Assembly: GCA_043797665.1 (NCBI GenBank)
Contig: JAZDPL010000012.1
Location: 1 to 41,190, forward strand
Length of the DNA stretch: 41,190 bases
Direction: 5' to 3'
From: Candidatus Omnitrophota bacterium
GTDB taxonomy: Bacteria; Ratteibacteria; UBA8468; MWAK01
Shown: piece by piece, positions 34,367 to 41,190 of the stretch
Numbering within the stretch: position 1 is the stretch's first letter
Layout of the letters: every line of letters starts with the position of its first letter
Made by a program: the position numbers and the translations under genes
Notes under the pieces: generated by a model
What the model saw: the letters and a program-made list of their open reading frames with translations, nothing else
Database searches by the model: none
What the model was told of the DNA's origin: nothing

Positions 34367-37123
34367 ATGGAAGAACAATTTGAGCATATTCTGACCGAAG
34401 TCCGGAAACAGCGCCGGGGTTTTCTCTCCCGGATTTTAGGCAGTAAGAGCGAGCGGGATATCAAGAAGATGCTTCCGCTCCTGTCTGCGGTCAACGAACG
34501 GGAGCCGGATCTGCTTAACCTGCCCGACGACCGCCTGGCTGCCAAGACCGCTGAATTCAAGGAACGCCTATCCCGGGGCGCTGCGTTAGATGACATCTTG
34601 CCGGATGCCTTTGCGGTAGTTCGGGAAGCGGCCCGCAGGCGGCTTAATATGCGCCCCTTTGACGTTCAGATTTTAGGCGGTATCGTGCTCTACCGGAGCG
34701 CTATCGCGGAAATGGCAACCGGTGAGGGAAAAACCCTGGTGGCAACCCTGCCCCTCTATCTGGCGGCGTTGGAAGGTAAGGGCTGCCACCTAATAACGGT
34801 TAACGACTACCTGGCCCGCCGGGACCGGCTCTGGATGGGGCCAATCTACGAATCGTTAGGTCTTTCGGTCGGTGCCATCCAGCACGACTCCTCCCGGGAC
34901 GACCGGCAGTCTGCTTACCGGTCCGACATATCCTACGGAACAAACAACGAGTTTGGATTTGACTACCTGCGGGACAATATGGTCCTGCGAAAAGAGGACC
35001 GGGTCCAGCGGGAACTCCACTACGCCATCGTGGACGAGGTAGACAGCATCCTGGTTGACGAAGCCCGCACCCCGCTTATTATCTCCGGTCCCGCGGAAGA
35101 GTCAACCGCCCTCTATTACGAAATAGACAAGGTGTTCCGGCGTCTGGTAGAGGGCAAGGATTATGAGTGGGACGAAAAGGACAAGACCGGAAACCTCACC
35201 TACGGAAAAGAAGGTGAAGACAAAAACGGAATCTACCGCGTGGAAAAGATTTTAGGCATCGACAACCTCTATGACCTGCAGCACATCGAACTGCTCCACC
35301 ATATTACCCAGGCAATAAAGGCGCACAAAGGGTTCCGCCGGGACCAGGAGTATCTGGTTAAGGAAGGAAAGGTGGTTATCGTAGATGAATTCACCGGGCG
35401 GATGATGCCGGGCCGCCGCTTCTCCGACGGACTCCATCAGGCGCTGGAGGCGAAGGAAGGGGTCCGGATTGAAGCGGAGAACCAGACCTTAGCCACCATC
35501 ACCTTTCAGAACTATTTCCGGATGTACAAAAGATTAGCCGGTATGACCGGCACCGCAGCCACGGAAGCGGCGGAATTTAAAGAGATTTATAACCTGGACG
35601 TGGTCTCCATACCACCTAACCGGCCCTTAATCCGAATCAACCCTCCGGACGTTATCTATAAGGCCGTCCGGGAAAAATTTGAGGCGGCGGCAAACGAGAT
35701 TGAAGAACTCTACCGGAAGGGACAGCCGGTACTGGTGGGCACCATTTCCATTGAAAAATCCGAACTTTTATCCCGGATTCTGGTGCGGAAAAATATTCCG
35801 CATCAGGTACTTAACGCCAAACACCACGAAAAGGAAGCCGGTATCGTAGCGGAAGCGGGCCGGAAGTTCAAAGTAACCATCGCCACCAATATGGCGGGCC
35901 GGGGAACCGACATCGTTCTGGGCGGGTCCCAGCAGCAGACAGAGGACTGGACCGAAGAACACCAGCGGTTAGCGAATCAAATTCTGGAACGATATTCCAC
36001 CGTCTCAAAAGAACAACTCCAGGGGAAATCGTTAGAAGCTTTAGACGTAATCTCCCTGGGGGGTCTGCACATCCTGGGCACCGAACGACACGAAGCCCGC
36101 CGGATTGATAACCAGTTGCGCGGCCGGAGCGGCCGGCAGGGCGACCCGGGCAGTTCCCACTTTTACCTTTCCCTGGAAGACGACCTGATGCGGCTCTTCG
36201 GCTCGGAAAAACTTGTGGGCATAATGTCTACCCTGCCGGAAGGCGAGGTTATCTCCCATCCGCTTATCTCCCGGTTAATCGAGAACGCCCAGCGCCGGGT
36301 GGAGGGACAGAACTTTGAAATCCGGAAACAACTCCTTGACTTTGATAACGTAATGAACGAACAACGCCAGGTTATCTACCGCATGCGCAACCAGATATTA
36401 GACGGCGAGGACCTTTCCGGTTATTTCCTGGACCTGATAAAGGAAGAAATAGGCGAAGGTTGGGGGCGTTACTGTCCGCCCACCTTACGGCCGGACGAGT
36501 GGAACAAGGAGGAGTTCCGGCGCTGGTTTGAAACGACCTTCCGGTTTTCGCCGGAGACTGAGATTGGCCAGGATAATTTGTCCGGGGCTGCCTGGGAGAC
36601 GTATCAGAAAAAGCGTCTTTTGGTGGGAGATGCCACTGCGGATGCGATGGAGCGGTTTCTCTTTCTCTTTGTCCTGGACAGCCGGTGGAAGGCGCACCTG
36701 TACGATATGGACCACCTGCGGGAAGGTATCTCCCTGCGCGCCTATGGCCACCAGGACCCTTTAATCGCCTACAAGAGCGAAAGCTTTGCTCTCTTCAACC
36801 AGGTACAGGAAGACATGCGCCACCAAATAATAAACATGCTCTTTTCCGCTGAGGTTAAAGCGGGCCCGGAAATTGGTCCGCAAGCGGTTCTGGCGCCGGC
36901 GGCGTTCCAGCACACCGAGGTCTCTCCTTTCAGCCAAAAGCCGACTAAATCCTCCGGGCCCGGAGGTGAAGAAGGTGGTGTATTACTGAAACCGGCAACG
37001 GGTCCCCGGCCCGGGGCTGTTGAGCCGCAACAGACGATACGCGGCGAAGAAAAGGTGGGCCGTAATGACCCCTGCCCCTGCGGAAGCGGGAAAAAACATA
37101 AACGCTGCTGCGGGAAAAAGTAA
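34367..37123 (+). CDS. secA: Preprotein translocase ATPase SecA
   Basis: AEMATGEGKT, TVNDYLARRD, DEVDSILVDEARTPLIISG, ATNMAGRGTDI, RRIDNQLRGRSGRQGDPG and a C-terminal GRNDPCPCGSGKK. Confidence 0.99.
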   Translation: MEEQFEHILTEVRKQRRGFLSRILGSKSERDIKKMLPLLSAVNEREPDLLNLPDDRLAAKTAEFKERLSRGAALDDILPDAFAVVREAARRRLNMRPFDVQILGGIVLYRSAIAEMATGEGKTLVATLPLYLAALEGKGCHLITVNDYLARRDRLWMGPIYESLGLSVGAIQHDSSRDDRQSAYRSDISYGTNNEFGFDYLRDNMVLRKEDRVQRELHYAIVDEVDSILVDEARTPLIISGPAEESTALYYEIDKVFRRLVEGKDYEWDEKDKTGNLTYGKEGEDKNGIYRVEKILGIDNLYDLQHIELLHHITQAIKAHKGFRRDQEYLVKEGKVVIVDEFTGRMMPGRRFSDGLHQALEAKEGVRIEAENQTLATITFQNYFRMYKRLAGMTGTAATEAAEFKEIYNLDVVSIPPNRPLIRINPPDVIYKAVREKFEAAANEIEELYRKGQPVLVGTISIEKSELLSRILVRKNIPHQVLNAKHHEKEAGIVAEAGRKFKVTIATNMAGRGTDIVLGGSQQQTEDWTEEHQRLANQILERYSTVSKEQLQGKSLEALDVISLGGLHILGTERHEARRIDNQLRGRSGRQGDPGSSHFYLSLEDDLMRLFGSEKLVGIMSTLPEGEVISHPLISRLIENAQRRVEGQNFEIRKQLLDFDNVMNEQRQVIYRMRNQILDGEDLSGYFLDLIKEEIGEGWGRYCPPTLRPDEWNKEEFRRWFETTFRFSPETEIGQDNLSGAAWETYQKKRLLVGDATADAMERFLFLFVLDSRWKAHLYDMDHLREGISLRAYGHQDPLIAYKSESFALFNQVQEDMRHQIINMLFSAEVKAGPEIGPQAVLAPAAFQHTEVSPFSQKPTKSSGPGGEEGGVLLKPATGPRPGAVEPQQTIRGEEKVGRNDPCPCGSGKKHKRCCGKK

Positions 37124-37139
37124 GGTTTTTGGGGTAGAC

Positions 37140-37216
37140 TTGACACGGTATACGGAATGGGTTTATAATCTTAAGCACCTCAAAATTTAGCCCCGTTCTT
37201 TTTTGTCTGTTGATAA
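37140..37216 (+). promoter_or_regulatory. dnaA promoter and downstream DnaA box
   Basis: TTGACA, 18-nt spacer, TATAAT (37140-37169); TGTTGATAA at 37208-37216 is the reverse complement of TTATCAACA. Confidence 0.75.
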
Positions 37217-37252
37217 CCTGTTAGTTTCTCGTTTTTTTACTCCGAACTCGCG

Positions 37253-38650
37253 ATGGGGAAACCCTTGACCACCAACAACCTCAGCCGGACCGACTCTTTG
37301 TGGACCGAAGCCTTAAAAACTGTTAAAATCCGGATAAACCCATCCACCTATAACCTCTGGGTAGAGCCATTAATCCCGATGTCTTTAGAAGGAGGGCTTT
37401 TTACGGTGGAAACACCGGACTCTTTCTTTGCCGATTGGGTTCAGAACCATTACGGCGAAATCATCCTGAACGCCGTCCACTCGCTGGACTCCAACGTTAC
37501 CAAGGTTGTCTTCTCGCCCAGGAAACACTCCGGCGGCATTGTCGGCGGGTACGAATCTTCCGGCTCGCAGAAGCAGGCTCCGCTCCCCTGCAGCCCCAGG
37601 AACGGTTTTGGTGTTAACCTGAATCCGATCTATACCTTTGAAAATTTTATCATCGGGGACTCAAATCGTTTGGCGCACGCAGCCGCCCTTTCGGTTGCCC
37701 AGTCTCCCGGAACCGCCTATAACCCCCTGTTCATCTACGGACAGGTCGGTGTGGGTAAGACGCACCTGATGCAGGCGATCGGCAACTCCATTAAAAGCCA
37801 GATCAACTGCAGGGTAGCGTACCTTTCCAGCGAACAGTTCTTAAACGAGTTTATTGAGAGCCTCCAGAACAAAAGCGCTTCCCAGTTCCGGAACAAGTTT
37901 CGCGAACTGGACCTTTTGTTGATCGACGACATTCAGTTTATCGGAGGAAAAGAAGAGACCCAGCGCGAGTTTTTCCACACCTTCAACGCTCTCTACGATT
38001 ACCACAAACAGGTCGTGCTCTCCAGTGACCGGCCGCCAAAAGAATTGAAAAACATGGAACGGCGGCTGGTCTCCCGTTTTGAGTGGGGTCTGCCGGTCGA
38101 CATCCAGCCCCCGGATTTAGAAACGCGCGTAGCGATATTGAACAACAAAGCCCTCCTGAAAAATTTTCCCTTATCTTCGGAAATATCCTTCTATTTAGCC
38201 GAAAGAATTGAAGGAAACGTCCGTCTTTTAGAGGGCGCCCTTAACAAGTTGATTGCTTGTGCCGGTCTGTATAACAAGAAGACGATCGACGTTAAATTTA
38301 TCGAAGAAATCCTGCAGGATTTTATCCGGAAACAATACGAGAAGAAACTGATTACCTTTGACATGATTCAAGAATGGGTAAGCAGCCACTTCAACGTTAA
38401 GATTTCCGATTTAAAAAGCGGACGCCGGCAGCAATCCGTGGTTTTCCCAAGGCAAATCGCCATTTATTTATCCCGGACATTTATCGGAGCATCCCTTCCT
38501 CAGATCGGAGAATTTTTTGGTGGTAAGAACCATACGACCATTTTATACACCTGTCGAAAAATTGAGGATAAGATAAAGAATAATGTTAATTTTAAAGAGG
38601 AAATGGAAAGAATAATAAATAAATTTAAACAAGACCTAAATAAATCTTAA
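37253..38650 (+). CDS. dnaA: Chromosomal replication initiator DnaA
   Basis: YTFENF, YNPLFIYG.VG.GKTHL, LLLIDDIQF, EFFHTFN, RLVSRFEWGL and FGGKNHTT. Confidence 0.99.
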   Translation: MGKPLTTNNLSRTDSLWTEALKTVKIRINPSTYNLWVEPLIPMSLEGGLFTVETPDSFFADWVQNHYGEIILNAVHSLDSNVTKVVFSPRKHSGGIVGGYESSGSQKQAPLPCSPRNGFGVNLNPIYTFENFIIGDSNRLAHAAALSVAQSPGTAYNPLFIYGQVGVGKTHLMQAIGNSIKSQINCRVAYLSSEQFLNEFIESLQNKSASQFRNKFRELDLLLIDDIQFIGGKEETQREFFHTFNALYDYHKQVVLSSDRPPKELKNMERRLVSRFEWGLPVDIQPPDLETRVAILNNKALLKNFPLSSEISFYLAERIEGNVRLLEGALNKLIACAGLYNKKTIDVKFIEEILQDFIRKQYEKKLITFDMIQEWVSSHFNVKISDLKSGRRQQSVVFPRQIAIYLSRTFIGASLPQIGEFFGGKNHTTILYTCRKIEDKIKNNVNFKEEMERIINKFKQDLNKS

Positions 38651-38784
38651 CAGGATATTAAGAAAATCACCTTAAAGGATTCCCTTTTCTATGATATGAA
38701 AATTTCAATTATCAACAAATTTAAAACCTCTACTAAGTACTTCTATTATAATTTTTAATTAAATAAGAAAAGGAGGAATAAAAA
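38651..38784. other. Probable oriC unwinding region
   Basis: AT-rich dnaA-dnaN spacer with DnaA box TTATCAACA (38709-38717), followed by the trio-like CTCTACTAAGTACTTCTATTA and an AT tract. Confidence 0.6.
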
Positions 38785-39885
38785 ATGGAGGTGAAAATTA
38801 CCAAAAAAGATTTAAGCGTCCTTTTAGGTAAAGTGGTGAATATATTAAATCCTAAACCGACCATCCCTGTTTTAAGCCACATTTTAATGGAAACCGGTAA
38901 GAATAAAATAACGGTTACCGGCACGGATTTAGAAATAAGCATTAAATTAAACAAAGAGATAGAAACAATCAAAGAAGGGAAAGTATTGATTCCCGGTAGA
39001 AAATTATTAGAAGTTATCCGGGAATTCCCGGAAGTTGAAATTAAATTAAAAAGTGAAAAAGAGAGCCATCTAAACCTTTCCTCGGGTAGAATAAATCTGA
39101 CCCTGGTTGGTTTGAAAACGGACGATTTTCCTTTAATTCCCAAAATTAAAAACCTAAACCAATTCAAAATCAACGCCGCTACTTTAAAAAAATGCATTAA
39201 CTATACCAAAACAACAGTGGTTATAGACGAAAACAAACCAAACCTTTCCGGTATTTTCTTTACTACGGAAGACGGGTGGCTGACTACCGTTTCTACCGAT
39301 ACCAGACGCCTGGCGAGATATCGCAGTAAAACCAACCTTACCGCCAGCGTTAAATTTATCCTTCCCCTCAAAGCAACCGATGAAATAAAGAATTTATGGG
39401 AAGAAGAAAAAGAAATAGAAGTTTCCCTGGGAAGCAACCAGGTTATTTTTTCCGGCGAGGGCATAACCCTGACTAGCCAGATAATCGAAGGCAATTTCCC
39501 TGACTACACCACCATTATTCCTCCGGAGAGCGAGTTACTGCCGGTTATTGTTCCTTTAGCGAGTTTCATTTCTGCCTTACGCCGGATGAAACAGATTGTC
39601 TCGGCCGGAAAGAATATGGTTAAAATGGACGTAGGCAAAAACCTGTTAAAGATATCCGGCGAGACAGCCGGCATCGGCGAAGGCAGTGAAGAGGTGGAGG
39701 TTGCCTATCAGGGCCCACCCAAAACCTTCTATTTTAACCCGGACTATCTGATAGACGGAGTCAAAAACATAGAAAACGAAGAAGAATTTTTCTTTGGTTT
39801 GAACCCTAACACCGAAAAACCCTGCCTGCTCAAGTCCACAAAACAAGCAGACTACATCTACCTGGCAATGCCGATGTGGCCATAG
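38785..39885 (+). CDS. dnaN: DNA polymerase III beta sliding clamp
   Basis: Follows dnaA; TIPVLSHIL, GTDLEISI, STDTRRLA, IEGNFPDY, FNPDYLID and YLAMPM. Confidence 0.97.
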   Translation: MEVKITKKDLSVLLGKVVNILNPKPTIPVLSHILMETGKNKITVTGTDLEISIKLNKEIETIKEGKVLIPGRKLLEVIREFPEVEIKLKSEKESHLNLSSGRINLTLVGLKTDDFPLIPKIKNLNQFKINAATLKKCINYTKTTVVIDENKPNLSGIFFTTEDGWLTTVSTDTRRLARYRSKTNLTASVKFILPLKATDEIKNLWEEEKEIEVSLGSNQVIFSGEGITLTSQIIEGNFPDYTTIIPPESELLPVIVPLASFISALRRMKQIVSAGKNMVKMDVGKNLLKISGETAGIGEGSEEVEVAYQGPPKTFYFNPDYLIDGVKNIENEEEFFFGLNPNTEKPCLLKSTKQADYIYLAMPMWP

Positions 39886-39904
39886 GGGTTACCCCGTAGA
39901 GAGA

Positions 39905-40264
39905 TTGGAGAAAATACAGGAGATAGTCGAGCGCGTCTTAAAACGCAAGGCAAGTCCTCCGGAGGAGAATGACTACTTAGCGCTATGGGAGGACCAGGTT
40001 CCGGTCGAGATCCGCAGACATACAAAGGTCAGGGTTTCCAAGAACGAACTCATCGCTTACGTTGACAACCCAACCACCAAACACCTGCTCTTTCTCCAGA
40101 AAGAACAGATTATTAACGCGTTCCGGAAGAGCAACTTTCCCATAAAAGGGATAGAAATAAAGAACCAAAAAGGTGAAAAACATGTTTCAGGGTACGCTCG
40201 TTGCGCTGGTAACCCCATTCAAAAAGGGGAAGGTAGACGAAAGACGTTTTGGGGACCTGATTGA
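39905..40264 (+). CDS. DUF721 / DciA-like protein
   Basis: Position after dnaN; W...V..EI..HT......NEL.AYVDN......L...KEQII pattern. The 3' end overlaps dapA. Confidence 0.6.
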   Translation: MEKIQEIVERVLKRKASPPEENDYLALWEDQVPVEIRRHTKVRVSKNELIAYVDNPTTKHLLFLQKEQIINAFRKSNFPIKGIEIKNQKGEKHVSGYARCAGNPIQKGEGRRKTFWGPD

Positions 40265-41048
40265 ATGGCAGCTTCGGGAAGGTATAGACGGGGTTGTCCC
40301 CTGCGGTTGTACCGGAGAAGCGGCCACCCTTTCCTTTGAGGAGCACCAGCACCAGGTGGAGTTTACGGTTGAATCTGTGGCCGGCCGGCGGCCGGTAATT
40401 GCCGGTACCGGTTCCAACAACACCCGTGAGGCGCTGGAACTTACCCGCCACGCCAAGAAGTCAGGGGCAGACGCGGCGCTCATCATTACTCCTTACTACA
40501 ACAAACCGACCCAGGCCGGACTTCTCCTGCATTACTCCACGATTGCGCGCAGGGTGGACATCCCCATCGTCATCTATAACGTCCCCTCCCGCACCGGTAT
40601 CTCCATCCAGCCGGAGACCGTGGCAGAACTTTCGGGTATAAAAAACATCGTCGCCATTAAAGAGGCAAGCGGCAACTTAGACCAGGTAAGCGCCATCAAA
40701 AACCTTTGCGGTATTACCATCCTTTCCGGAGACGACTCCTTAACCCTGCCGATAATGGCAGTTGGCGGAAAGGGGGTAATTTCGGTAGCCGCCAACGTGA
40801 TTCCCAGAGAGACAGCGAGAATGACCAGCGCTTTCCGTGGAGGCGACCTGGAAGCCGCCCAGGAAATACACAACCGGTATTACCCCTTATTCCGGGCGCT
40901 TTTTTATGAAACCAATCCGATTCCGGTTAAAACCCTCCTTGCCTGGATGGGAAGGGTTGAGCCGGAATGGCGTTCGCCGTTATGTGCTATGGGCAAAGAG
41001 AACAGAAGGCGGTTACGCCAGGTCGCGGAGAAGTTAGGACTCCTGTAG
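40182..41048 (+). CDS. dapA: 4-hydroxy-tetrahydrodipicolinate synthase
   Basis: ALVTPF, GCTGE, IAGTGSNNT, TPYYNKP, IYNVPSRTG, IKEASG, LSGDD and ETNPIPVK; RBS AAAGGTG. Confidence 0.97.
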   Translation: MFQGTLVALVTPFKKGKVDERRFGDLIEWQLREGIDGVVPCGCTGEAATLSFEEHQHQVEFTVESVAGRRPVIAGTGSNNTREALELTRHAKKSGADAALIITPYYNKPTQAGLLLHYSTIARRVDIPIVIYNVPSRTGISIQPETVAELSGIKNIVAIKEASGNLDQVSAIKNLCGITILSGDDSLTLPIMAVGGKGVISVAANVIPRETARMTSAFRGGDLEAAQEIHNRYYPLFRALFYETNPIPVKTLLAWMGRVEPEWRSPLCAMGKENRRRLRQVAEKLGLL

Positions 41049-41094
41049 GGGCTTGATTCATCAAGCCCGCGGGTCGGATAAATCCGACCCCTAC
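41045..41094. repeat. GTAG-type REP doublet (50 bp)
   Basis: GTAGGGGCTTGATTCATCAAGCCCGCGGGTCGGATAAATCCGACCCCTAC. Confidence 0.92.
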
Positions 41095-41190
41095 AATTCA
41101 CTGTATCATTATGGTCTGGTGGCAAAGGAAGAAACAAACGGCTGTCCCGCCCAGGAAGAAGGTTGAGGTCAAGGGCGAGAATTGGGTCAA

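Overview
Bacterial chromosome segment with three parts. (1) 1-5265 is the right end of an apparently decaying integrative element. It carries a DUF932-like fragment, two convergent promoter-terminator small RNA units, a SymE-like toxin remnant, a PC4-like ssDNA-binding protein, a Zn-finger/TOPRIM/P-loop primase-helicase with iteron-like repeats, a broken excisionase-like HTH, and a tyrosine integrase whose stop codon lies inside the 5' end of tRNA-Phe(GAA). tatD and an AAA_14/DUF4143 ATPase follow. (2) 7562-34279 is a LacI-headed, mostly minus-strand glycan-utilisation cluster. It has several glycoside hydrolase-like genes and two prepilin-type DUF1559 genes, each followed by a secreted LamG-containing protein. 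It also has MttB- and UroD/MtaA-family genes, a degenerate M24 hydrolase and a chimeric duplication scar, but no recognisable transporter. (3) 34367-41190 is core genome: secA, dnaA, probable oriC, dnaN, DUF721/DciA and dapA, with GTAG-type REP doublets. The DUF1559 genes suggest a PVC-superphylum or similar host (inference). All family calls come from recognising motifs by eye; no database searches were run.
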